This document shows, one piece after another, positions 38,217 to 46,714 of a stretch of 64,000 nt of DNA (position 1 is the stretch's first letter; each line of letters opens with the position of its first letter). The position numbers and the translations under genes were made by a program. The DNA comes from Dehalococcoidia bacterium (lineage in GTDB: Bacteria; Chloroflexota; Dehalococcoidia; UBA6926): contig OZ250138.1 of the NCBI GenBank assembly GCA_965237465.1, positions 1,814,643 through 1,878,642 on the forward strand. The letters are read 5' to 3'. The notes under the pieces are model-generated. The model had not been told where the DNA came from. It made no database searches and worked only from the letters and a program-made list of their open reading frames with translations.

Positions 38217-39920
38217 GTGATTCAGGCGGCGCGGATTCTTGCGCTCGTGCTGCTCGCATCCTTTGCGGCTATTGCGTGCAACGGAGACGGTTCGCCTGAC
38301 ACGTCCGCGCCGCCAGGTGATGGGGCCGCCATCCCGGATGCCAATAATCCGCGATATGGCGGCGTTCTTGTGCTGGCGAATCGCGGGGACCCGCCTGCAG
38401 CATTCGACCCCATGCGAACGTCAAGCATTGCCCTCCACCATACGGGAGGCGCGATTTTCGGCCCCGGAAACCTTGTGCGGCGATGCCGCCAGAACATGTA
38501 CCTGGTCTGTCCTGACCTCGCTTCCGACTGGACCGCAAACCCCGGCTATACGGAGTGGACCTTCACTATCCGACCGAATGTTGTGTGGCATGACGGCGAA
38601 CCCTTTACCGCGGAGGACGTGGAGTTCTGGTACACGCTGGCGGGCAAGGGTTGGGAGGCGGAGGACGGCGGCGTCCGCGCTCCCGCGTACTTTCGCGGCG
38701 ATCTGGGCGATGTCCAGGCTATAGAAATCCTGCCGTTTGACCGCATTCGCATCACCCTGGCCGAGCCAAATCCGCACTACCTGTCCGTACTCGCCAATCC
38801 GCGCTTGCGAATCGCCCACCCCAAGCACGTGATGGAACCGCTCATCCTCGCCGGCGATCTCAGCGTGGCCCCTCTGGATATCGGGGTAGTGGGCACGGGC
38901 CCATTCAGGCTTGAGCGATACGATCTCGGGAGCCTGATCCGCGTTGTACGAAATGAGGACTATTGGGACTCCGGGCTGGCGGGCGAATTGCCCTACCTCG
39001 ACGGGATCGACTTCGTCATCATTCCGAGTCCTGCGGCCATGGACGCGGCGTTTAGGACGGGGCGCATCGACGGAGGCGCGCGAGGAGAGGGCCACTATCT
39101 GACCACGGAACGACAGGCGGCCATCGACAGTCAGCTCGGCACGGAAGATGTCTACTACGCCGAGATGCAGGGCGGCATGTTTCGGCTGGGTTTCAACGTG
39201 CTCAAGGACGGCCCATGGCAGGATGCCCGCGTGCGCCAGGCGATCTCACTTTGGATAGACCGCGAGGCGGCGATTCCAACGGTGCTGGGCGGATTCGGTT
39301 ACATATCCCCCACGTTCAGCCCCGCCAACCCCTTTACGTCCGCGGACTTCACGACGTGGCAGCGATTCAATCGGGGCGCGTTGGGGGAGAGACGCGAGGA
39401 GGCGCGCGGCCTGATGGCGGAAGCGGGCTTTGAGGACGGATTCACGATGGGCTACCTCTGCCGCGCTCGCCTCACGCCGCGGTGCGAGTTTCTCCATAAT
39501 CAGTTGGCCGGGCTCGGAATCGACCTGACGATTCGGCTGGTGGACGAGGCGGAGTGGAATCGCGGACGCGTGAGCCTCGACTACGATTCCCAACCCGGCT
39601 CCAACTTTACCTCTCCGATACCTGAGGGGACGGAGACGGCATATGGCGTTTACAGCAGCTTTCCTGACGCCTACGCCAAGCACGAGGATGCTCGAGTGAC
39701 GGAGCTCTACGGGAGGCTGCGCGCGACGCGCACGCAACGACAACGCGTTGACGCCTGGCGCGAGCTTGAGAGCTACATCGTACGGGAGCAGACCTACGTC
39801 GTGCCCATTGCGGGCACCGTGCAAGTGGTGCCGTACCGGACGTATGTCAAGGGGCTGGTTATTCCCCCGGAAGACGGCCACACTCACACGGATTTCGCCA
39901 CAGTCTGGCTGGACAAGTAG
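38217..39920 (+). CDS. ABC transporter substrate-binding lipoprotein (family 5, peptide/nickel type)
   Basis: 567-aa ORF (GTG start) with a lipobox (FAAIAC). Its size and sequence pattern fit the SBP_bac_5 family. Confidence 0.85.
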   Translation: MIQAARILALVLLASFAAIACNGDGSPDTSAPPGDGAAIPDANNPRYGGVLVLANRGDPPAAFDPMRTSSIALHHTGGAIFGPGNLVRRCRQNMYLVCPDLASDWTANPGYTEWTFTIRPNVVWHDGEPFTAEDVEFWYTLAGKGWEAEDGGVRAPAYFRGDLGDVQAIEILPFDRIRITLAEPNPHYLSVLANPRLRIAHPKHVMEPLILAGDLSVAPLDIGVVGTGPFRLERYDLGSLIRVVRNEDYWDSGLAGELPYLDGIDFVIIPSPAAMDAAFRTGRIDGGARGEGHYLTTERQAAIDSQLGTEDVYYAEMQGGMFRLGFNVLKDGPWQDARVRQAISLWIDREAAIPTVLGGFGYISPTFSPANPFTSADFTTWQRFNRGALGERREEARGLMAEAGFEDGFTMGYLCRARLTPRCEFLHNQLAGLGIDLTIRLVDEAEWNRGRVSLDYDSQPGSNFTSPIPEGTETAYGVYSSFPDAYAKHEDARVTELYGRLRATRTQRQRVDAWRELESYIVREQTYVVPIAGTVQVVPYRTYVKGLVIPPEDGHTHTDFATVWLDK

Positions 39921-39954
39921 GCGGGGCGCTGTTGCTCATGCTGCGTGGCGGGAG

Positions 39955-40200
39955 AGTATAGAAACCCACGGCAAACGAAACCGGAGTATAGGTCTGGCGC
40001 ATAAGTTATACTTTGAGTGGCAATAGTATAGAAATATGCACCGAACGATACGGGAGTACAGGCCCGGCCGGCGAGCTATACTCTGAGCGTGGAAAGTATA
40101 GAAAATCGCGGCGAACGAAACTGGAGTATAAGTTGAGGCCACGAGTTATACTCCGAGCTGAAAAAGTATAGAAACCTCTGATGAACGAAACGGGAGTATG
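39955..40200 (+). repeat. Tandem array of 3.5 structured 70-bp repeats (units start at 39955, 40025, 40095, 40165)
   Basis: Each unit is AGTATAGAAA-N8-GAACGAAAC-N-GGAGTATA-N13-AGTTATACTYYGAG-N7. Conserved blocks alternate with short variable blocks. The region is locally AT-rich in a GC-rich genome. The array ends 8 nt before the fic GTG start. Confidence 0.9.
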
Positions 40201-40208
40201 GATTCACC

Positions 40209-41366
40209 GTGCAACGCCTGAGGGCCAGTCCGGCTGGACGTCTCGTCCCGATCAATGAGGGCGGATCTGCATTCGTCCCCAACCCGCTGCCGTCAGAAGC
40301 GCCCATGGAAGCCGAGTTGGTTGTTGCGCTTGACGCCGCTGCCCGCGCCGTCGGCACGTTAGCCGGCGTCGGCGAGACCATGCCCAACCCGCATCTACTC
40401 TTACGGCCGTTCATACGCCGCGAGGCCGTCCTGTCGTCCCAAATTGAGGGAACAGTCGCCACGCTCTCGGACGTAGTCGCGTCGGAAATGCAGACACGGC
40501 CCCGCCAGGATGGCGACGTGGCCGAGGTGCGCAACTACGTCATTGCCCTGGAATACGCTATTGAGCGGCTCGAGGCCCTGCCGATCTCGTTCAGGCTGGT
40601 CAACGAGATTCACGAGCGACTGATGCGCAGCGTCCGCGGTGAGGAGAAGTTGCCGGGTCAATTCCGAGACACCCAGGCATATATCGGCGCGCCGGGCTCC
40701 GGGATTGGGGACGCACGGTTTGTTCCTCCGCCGCCCGCGCAGCTGCGCGACCTCTTCTTCGACCTCGAGGCCTTCATCAATGAGCATCCAGGCCGGATGC
40801 CTCCTCTCATCCGCTGCGCCCTCATGCACTACCAGTTTGAGGCGATCCACCCCTATCGCGACGGCAACGGGAGGACCGGGAGACTGCTTATAACGCTGTT
40901 CTTGCTGCAGAGCGGCGTGCTGCCGCAGCCGTTGCTCTACCTCAGCGCCTACTTCGAGCGTGATCGGCAACGCTACTACGATGAGTTGTTCAACGTCAGC
41001 ATGACCGGCGACTGGGCCAGGTGGATTCGCTATTTCCTTACCGGAGTGGAGGCGGAGGCGCGCGACACCGTGGAGCGGATTCGGAGCATGCGCGCACTGC
41101 AGGACGGATGGCGCGACATGCTGCGTCGTCGAGGCGAGTCCGCCAACGGCCTGCGTCTGCTTGACCATCTGTGCGCGTCGCTCGTCACGAGCGCGCCGTA
41201 CGCCTCCACATATTTGGGCATTACGGACGCGGGGGCGCGCAGAGTCCTTGACCGCCTGGTTGATGCGGGGATTGTGCGCCGACTAACCACCTATCGGCCC
41301 AATCTGTACATGGCGCAGCGGCTTATCGACGAGATCGAACGCCCAATCGCACTAAAGCAGGAATAG
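40209..41366 (+). CDS. Fic-family protein (Fic_N plus Fic core plus C-terminal wHTH-like region)
   Basis: Fic active-site motif HPYRDGNGRTGR and the N-terminal auto-inhibitory-type motif SSQIEGT. GTG start at 40209. Confidence 0.9.
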   Translation: MQRLRASPAGRLVPINEGGSAFVPNPLPSEAPMEAELVVALDAAARAVGTLAGVGETMPNPHLLLRPFIRREAVLSSQIEGTVATLSDVVASEMQTRPRQDGDVAEVRNYVIALEYAIERLEALPISFRLVNEIHERLMRSVRGEEKLPGQFRDTQAYIGAPGSGIGDARFVPPPPAQLRDLFFDLEAFINEHPGRMPPLIRCALMHYQFEAIHPYRDGNGRTGRLLITLFLLQSGVLPQPLLYLSAYFERDRQRYYDELFNVSMTGDWARWIRYFLTGVEAEARDTVERIRSMRALQDGWRDMLRRRGESANGLRLLDHLCASLVTSAPYASTYLGITDAGARRVLDRLVDAGIVRRLTTYRPNLYMAQRLIDEIERPIALKQE

Positions 41367-41446
41367 TCGAGCCGCGAGTGCCGCGAGCAAAGGCGCAACC
41401 GGTCGCGGATAGTCGCCCTGGTTGGGTGATGCGGTAGCCTCTTTCT

Positions 41447-42409
41447 ATGGTCCGATACATCGGTCTGCGGCTGGCGCTGTTTGTTCCGACGCTCCTGCTT
41501 GCCTCGGTTGTGATATTTGCCGTTCTCCGCATCCTGCCCGGAGATGTCGTCGATGTCGTCCTGGGCGGGTCCGGTGAGGTTGCGCATGACCCGGAGCAGG
41601 TGCGGCGCGCTCGGGAGGAGCTGGGGCTGGATGACTCGCTTATCGCCCAGTACGGCGGGTGGCTTGCGAGCATGGCGACGGGCGACTTTGGCGGTAGGTC
41701 ATTCGCTAGTCGTGAGCCGATCTCGTCCCTCGTGTGGCGTCAGCTGCCGGTTACCATGCAGCTGGCGGGGTACACGTTGACGCTTGCCGTCGCGGCTGCA
41801 ATTCCGCTTGGCGTTGCGGGGGCGGTTCGCAACGGACGCTGGCCGGATTACTTTGTGCGCCTGTTTGCGATTGGCGGGCAGGCCGTGCCCGGTTTCTTTC
41901 TTGCACTGGTATTGCTGATGGCGCTGGTTCTGAGTGCGGGATGGTCGCCGCCCGTTATCTACGCGCACGCATGGCAGGATCCGCTTCGGCACGTTCAGAT
42001 GATGGCTTTGCCGACGCTGATTCTCGCGTGGGGCTACGCGGCGTACCTGACTAGGATCACCCGCGCCGGCGCTCTTGATGTTTTGGGCCAGGATTACATC
42101 CGGACAGCGCGCGGCAAGGGTCTCTCGGAACGAATCGTCCTCTTTCGTCACGCCCTACGCAACGCGCTCATTCCCGTGCTGAGCGTCGCAGGCATCCAGG
42201 CGGGCGCCTTGCTCAGCGGCGTCGTTGTCCTGGAGTCGATATTCGGGCTGCCCGGCATCGGTCGCGGAATTGTCGATGCCGTCTCTACCCGTGACTACCC
42301 CGTCGTGCAAACATACGCCACGCTGTTCGTCTTCATCATGCTGGTCGTCAATTTGTTAGTTGATATCCTCTATGCCGTCCTTGATCCACGCATCACATAC
42401 TCCGACTGA
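41447..42409 (+). CDS. ABC transporter permease (DppB/OppB-like)
   Basis: 320-aa ORF with 6 TM segments and an N-terminal MVRYIGLRLALFVPTLLLASVVIFAVLRILPGD pattern typical of peptide permeases. Confidence 0.9.
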   Translation: MVRYIGLRLALFVPTLLLASVVIFAVLRILPGDVVDVVLGGSGEVAHDPEQVRRAREELGLDDSLIAQYGGWLASMATGDFGGRSFASREPISSLVWRQLPVTMQLAGYTLTLAVAAAIPLGVAGAVRNGRWPDYFVRLFAIGGQAVPGFFLALVLLMALVLSAGWSPPVIYAHAWQDPLRHVQMMALPTLILAWGYAAYLTRITRAGALDVLGQDYIRTARGKGLSERIVLFRHALRNALIPVLSVAGIQAGALLSGVVVLESIFGLPGIGRGIVDAVSTRDYPVVQTYATLFVFIMLVVNLLVDILYAVLDPRITYSD

Positions 42410-42490
42410 GGCTGCGGCTCTGGGCGAAGCATGCCGCTATCAGGCTGCAGCTACTCGACGCCATGGATCTGTCTGTGAGGCGCGAAGGCC

Positions 42491-43360
42491 ATGATGGCCT
42501 CGACGGGCCGACCACCGGCTGTTTCGGCGAGGCGTAGATTTGGGCGCATGATCCGACGGCATCCAGTCGGCGCGATCGCGCTTGCTGTCTTGCTCCTTAT
42601 GGCGGCGGCTGCGCTCTTTGCGGACCTGGCGACGGCGTATGGCCCGCTTGACACTGATGAGCCGAGCGCGTTGCTTCCCCCTTCCGCGGATCACTACTTC
42701 GGGACGGACCGATTCGGGCGGGACGTGTTTAGTCGCGTCCTGCACGGCGCGCGGCTGTCCCTGACCATTGGCCTGGTGTCCGTGGCGGTTGGAACTGTGA
42801 TCGGAACGGTGATCGGCATCGTCTCGGCATACTTTTCAGGGCTGACTGATCTGCTGGCGCAGCGCGTTGTGGACACGATGATGGCCTTCCCGAGTCTGCT
42901 GATGGCGCTCCTGCTGGTCGCTGTTCTGGGTCCATCCCCGAACAGCGTCATCATCGGGATTGTTGTGGCGTTCGTTCCGCAGGTGGCGCGAATAGCGCGG
43001 GCGCAGGCTCTGGTGGTCAGGGCGGAGCCCTACGTCATGGCGGTGGAGGCGATGGGCGCCGGGCCCGTCCGCGTCATGGTTCGCCACGTGCTGCCGAATG
43101 CGATTGCGCCCGTCATCATCCACGCCACCGGATTCATGGAGGGGGCCGTGCTGACGGAGGCCACGCTGAGTTTTCTTGGTCTGGGGACGCCGCCCCCTGA
43201 TCCATCTTGGGGACGAATGCTGAAGGAGGGCTCAGAGGGTTTTCTGGAGGCAGCGCCGTGGTTGACGCTCTTTCCCGGCCTGGCGCTCACTTTGTTGGTG
43301 TTCTGCGTTGCATTGATTGGGGATGCCCTGCGTGATGTGCTTGACCCGCGTCATCGGTGA
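42491..43360 (+). CDS. ABC transporter permease (DppC/OppC-like)
   Basis: 289-aa ORF with HYFGTDRFGRDVFSRVLHGAR typical of DppC/OppC permeases. Confidence 0.9.
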   Translation: MMASTGRPPAVSARRRFGRMIRRHPVGAIALAVLLLMAAAALFADLATAYGPLDTDEPSALLPPSADHYFGTDRFGRDVFSRVLHGARLSLTIGLVSVAVGTVIGTVIGIVSAYFSGLTDLLAQRVVDTMMAFPSLLMALLLVAVLGPSPNSVIIGIVVAFVPQVARIARAQALVVRAEPYVMAVEAMGAGPVRVMVRHVLPNAIAPVIIHATGFMEGAVLTEATLSFLGLGTPPPDPSWGRMLKEGSEGFLEAAPWLTLFPGLALTLLVFCVALIGDALRDVLDPRHR

Positions 43361-43411
43361 CTCCGGGCGCTGCGTTATGCTGCCAACACGGCAAAGCGGC
43401 TGCCACCCCAG

Positions 43412-43843
43412 TTGCCAAAGAAAGGACTGTGTAACACGGTGGACGTCATAGAGGCTGAATTCAACAGTTACTTCGCAAACTGGGACATCCTGCTGCCGCA
43501 GTCGACCATCGCTGCCAGGCGGCGCGGCAAGATCGTAGCGGGCGGCTGGACAATTTGGTTCCTGTTTGGCGTCGAGGGCGAGCGAGAATTTCTCGACTTT
43601 TACGCGATGCACCGCATGACAAACGATCGCCGCCTACGCCTTTATTCCGACGGTTCAGGCGAGGGGCTGAGGACTCTCGCCCAGGGAATACAGTATCCCC
43701 GCGGGGCCACGGCGGAGGATGAGGCGCGAATCCAAAAAGACCATTACGAACGAAACCGTGGCATTGCCGAAATGCTGGAACGTAAAGGCTTTGGCATTGA
43801 GGGCGACGAGCACATGAGCACTCAACTCCTTCGGTTTATGTAG
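43412..43843 (+). CDS. Hypothetical protein
   Basis: 143-aa ORF (TTG start, or GTG at 43439) with no recognisable family. It sits where ABC ATPase genes would normally follow the permeases. Confidence 0.4.
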   Translation: MPKKGLCNTVDVIEAEFNSYFANWDILLPQSTIAARRRGKIVAGGWTIWFLFGVEGEREFLDFYAMHRMTNDRRLRLYSDGSGEGLRTLAQGIQYPRGATAEDEARIQKDHYERNRGIAEMLERKGFGIEGDEHMSTQLLRFM

Positions 43844-43945
43844 ACGACACCACCCGAAGAACGGCCGGAGCGCGGGGAACCGTCCTAACCGGCAATTGGC
43901 GCGCCATCGGGTTTGTGGGCCTCGCTGCGTTATGCTGCCACTAAT

Positions 43946-44656
43946 ATGACCGAGCACGATGACGCAATCGTTCAGGACGAGCCGCGGGGCGGGACACTCT
44001 ACGTCGTCGCCACTCCGATCGGAAATCTTGAGGACATCTCCGCGCGCGCCCTGCGCATCCTTGGCGAAGTTGACCTTGTAGCCGCTGAGGATACACGGAC
44101 GACGCGCAAACTCCTGACGCGGCACGGCATCAGCGCCCGACTGGTTAGTCTCTTTGACGCCAACGTGAGGCGACGGCTGCCCGGTCTCCTCAAGCACCTC
44201 GCCGACGGCAAGGATCTTGGCCTCGTCAGCGAGGCCGGCACGCCGCTTATCAGCGATCCCGGCGTTGAGCTGGTTCGAGCCGCAGCAGCAGCGGGGCACG
44301 CGGTGATACCGATACCGGGGCCGACGGCTATTGCCGCTCTGCTCTCAGTCGCCGGGATGCCTGCCAACCGGTTTACATTCCTCGGCTTCTTGCCGCGAAA
44401 AGCGGGTGAGCGACGCCGACTCCTTGAGCAGGTCGCTGCCCATCCGTGGCCGTTTGCGATCTACGAGTCGCCTCATCGGCTCCTCAAGTCGCTTGAGTTC
44501 TTGCGAGAGGAACTAGGCGACCGGGATATCGTGATTGGGCGAGAGCTGACCAAACTATATGAAGAATCCTTCCGCGGAACATTGACGGAGGCCATTGACC
44601 ACTTTCAGCGTCCCCGCGGTGAATTCACGATAGTCGTGGCCGGCGCAGACAAGTGA
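43946..44656 (+). CDS. rsmI: 16S rRNA (cytidine1402-2'-O)-methyltransferase
   Basis: TLYVVATPIGNLEDIS.RAL..L and DAG.P.ISDPG patterns. The internal ATG at 43946 is preferred. Confidence 0.9.
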   Translation: MTEHDDAIVQDEPRGGTLYVVATPIGNLEDISARALRILGEVDLVAAEDTRTTRKLLTRHGISARLVSLFDANVRRRLPGLLKHLADGKDLGLVSEAGTPLISDPGVELVRAAAAAGHAVIPIPGPTAIAALLSVAGMPANRFTFLGFLPRKAGERRRLLEQVAAHPWPFAIYESPHRLLKSLEFLREELGDRDIVIGRELTKLYEESFRGTLTEAIDHFQRPRGEFTIVVAGADK

Positions 44657-44686
44657 GAGCTGCCTCTCCGTGGAGGCGGCATGCGC

Positions 44687-45580
44687 CTAAGGGAAAGACA
44701 CGAATTCCGGCCCGTATTTCTCCAGCCGTTTGGCCATGACTCGGATCGCTTCCGGTTCATTGTCAACGAGTATGTAGCTCCGGTTGTAACGCGCTGCCGC
44801 CTCGCCCGTCGTGCCGCTGCCGGCAAAGAAGTCCAGCACAACGTCTCCGGGGTTTGAATGGACACGTACAATGCGTTCAAGAATGCCAAGGGGCTTTTGG
44901 GTTGGGTAGCCAGTCTTCTCTTTGGCGTTAGTTCCGACGATGGTGTGCCACCACACGTCCGTCGGCGTCTTGCCCCGCGCCGCTTTGTCCGGGCCGACAA
45001 GCCCCGGCGTCATGTATGGGATGCGATCCATCTCGTGGTAGTTGAACGTATAGCGCTTGGGGTCTTTCCCGTACCAGAGGATGTTGTCGTGCTTGGCGGA
45101 CCAGCGCGACTTTGAGCGCGCTCCGTAGTCGTACGCCCACACGATCTCGTTGATGAATGCGTATCGCCCGAAAATCTCATCCAGCAGAACCTTGCAATAG
45201 TGGACCTCGCGATAGTCAACGTGCAGGAAGAATGAGCCTTTGGGCTTGAGCACCCGCGCAGCCTCGCGAATCCGGGGTTCAAGAAACCCGAGGTAATCGT
45301 CGAAGCTGTCCTGGTAGCCTGTCTCCCCGACCTGCTCGGTCCGATAGCGCCGCCCCTGAAACCCCACGCGGTCGCCGCTGGCCTCATCGCGGACCGTGCG
45401 GATCGACTCGCGCGTTTGCGTATGCCCCGTGTTGAATGGCGGATCAATGTATATCAGGTCAACAGAACTGTCGGCGAGGGTCCGCAGCGCGTCCAGATTT
45501 TCGCCAAAGATGACCTTGCCGAACTGAGCTTGAGGCACCGTCGGGATCGTCTCGGTAGCTGACAATTCGCGCCGCGTCAT
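44687..45580 (-). CDS. Beta-class DNA methyltransferase, probably N6-adenine (DPPF motif)
   Basis: Motif IV IYIDPPFNTG lies near the N-terminus and motif I VLDFFAGSGTTGEAA near the C-terminus. The ATG at 45580 is preferred. No endonuclease gene is adjacent. Confidence 0.85.
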   Translation of the reverse strand: MTRRELSATETIPTVPQAQFGKVIFGENLDALRTLADSSVDLIYIDPPFNTGHTQTRESIRTVRDEASGDRVGFQGRRYRTEQVGETGYQDSFDDYLGFLEPRIREAARVLKPKGSFFLHVDYREVHYCKVLLDEIFGRYAFINEIVWAYDYGARSKSRWSAKHDNILWYGKDPKRYTFNYHEMDRIPYMTPGLVGPDKAARGKTPTDVWWHTIVGTNAKEKTGYPTQKPLGILERIVRVHSNPGDVVLDFFAGSGTTGEAAARYNRSYILVDNEPEAIRVMAKRLEKYGPEFVSFP

Positions 45581-45654
45581 GCCGCCTGCCCCCGTGCAGT
45601 CTGTTCGAGCTGCGTCGCTTGTTACTCTACAGCGACAAGCCCTTTCCCGGCCCT

Positions 45655-46671
45655 TTAGTAACGCCTCTCCACTACGAAATCTATGATTTCCATTAGGGAC
45701 TGGTGCGCTGCGTTGACGGGGCGGTTGATGGCGCCAAGCGCTTCGCGGGCTCGCTGCGCCAGTTCTTCTGCGATGACATAGGAGGCTTCCACGGAGCCGG
45801 AGGCCCGTATGAGGCCGAGAGCCTCCTCTACGCACTCCTCTTTCTCCGTAACGCTCATCGTGGCGCGCTTGTCCCTGAGTTGGGCGAAAGGCCCCTTCTC
45901 GGTCAGCTCCGGGTGATCTTTGATGTAGAGCAGGGCGGGGAGGGTCAGCACGCCGCCGCGCAGGTCCGAGCCGATGGGCTTGCCCACCTCTGCAGCCTCG
46001 CCTTCGAGATCCAGAATGTCATCGATGACCTGGAAAGCGGTGCCCAGGCTCATTCCGTATTTCGTGACAGCATCAATCTCCGCCTCGGTCGCTCCTCCGA
46101 GGACGGCGCCGGATACGGCGGCTGTTGTGAACAGGGAGGCCGTCTTTCGTTCCACTCGGGCCCAGTACTCTTGCTCGCCGCCGTTCAAATCAAATGCCTG
46201 CTGAATCTCCCGCAGCTCGCCGTCCGCCAAGAGGCGAAGCGTCCTCGAAAAGAGGGTGATTACACGCACGTTATTCGTCGCGCACACCATTTCCGCGGAA
46301 CTGGCAAACAGGTAATCGCCCAGCAGCAACGCGACGTCGTCGCCGTAGCGAGCGTTGATGGTTGCGGAGCCGCGTCGCATGGAGGCGTTGTCGACGGAGT
46401 CATCGTGGACGAGCGAGGCGGTGTGGAGCAGTTCAACGGCTACCGCCATGGAGATATGGACGTCCGGATCAAATGTAAACAGATGACCGGCGAGGAGCGT
46501 GACGGCGGGGCGCGCCCGTTTGCCCGGCGTGGCCAGGATGTACCGAAGCAACTCGTCCAACCAGGGGAAGTCATCCTCGCCGATCGTGCGAAGGCGACGC
46601 TCCACCTTCGCCATGTCCGACTCAATCAAGTTGAGGAAGGAGGGTTGCTGGGATGATGTCGTGCTGGTCAA
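45655..46671 (-). CDS. Polyprenyl diphosphate synthase (trans-IPPS, long-chain type)
   Basis: First and second Asp-rich motifs: LVHDDSVD and FQVIDDILD. Confidence 0.9.
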   Translation of the reverse strand: MTSTTSSQQPSFLNLIESDMAKVERRLRTIGEDDFPWLDELLRYILATPGKRARPAVTLLAGHLFTFDPDVHISMAVAVELLHTASLVHDDSVDNASMRRGSATINARYGDDVALLLGDYLFASSAEMVCATNNVRVITLFSRTLRLLADGELREIQQAFDLNGGEQEYWARVERKTASLFTTAAVSGAVLGGATEAEIDAVTKYGMSLGTAFQVIDDILDLEGEAAEVGKPIGSDLRGGVLTLPALLYIKDHPELTEKGPFAQLRDKRATMSVTEKEECVEEALGLIRASGSVEASYVIAEELAQRAREALGAINRPVNAAHQSLMEIIDFVVERRY

Positions 46672-46714
46672 AGCTTAAGAGCCAATCCTCAGGGCAAGCG
46701 GCAGAGCGCATGTT

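Noticed and set aside
39955-40200. CRISPR array interpretation of the 70-bp repeats.
   Set aside because: The conserved sequence is split into three blocks interleaved with 7-13-nt variable segments, rather than one 25-40-nt repeat alternating with 30-40-nt spacers. There are only 3.5 units, and no cas genes are in the window.
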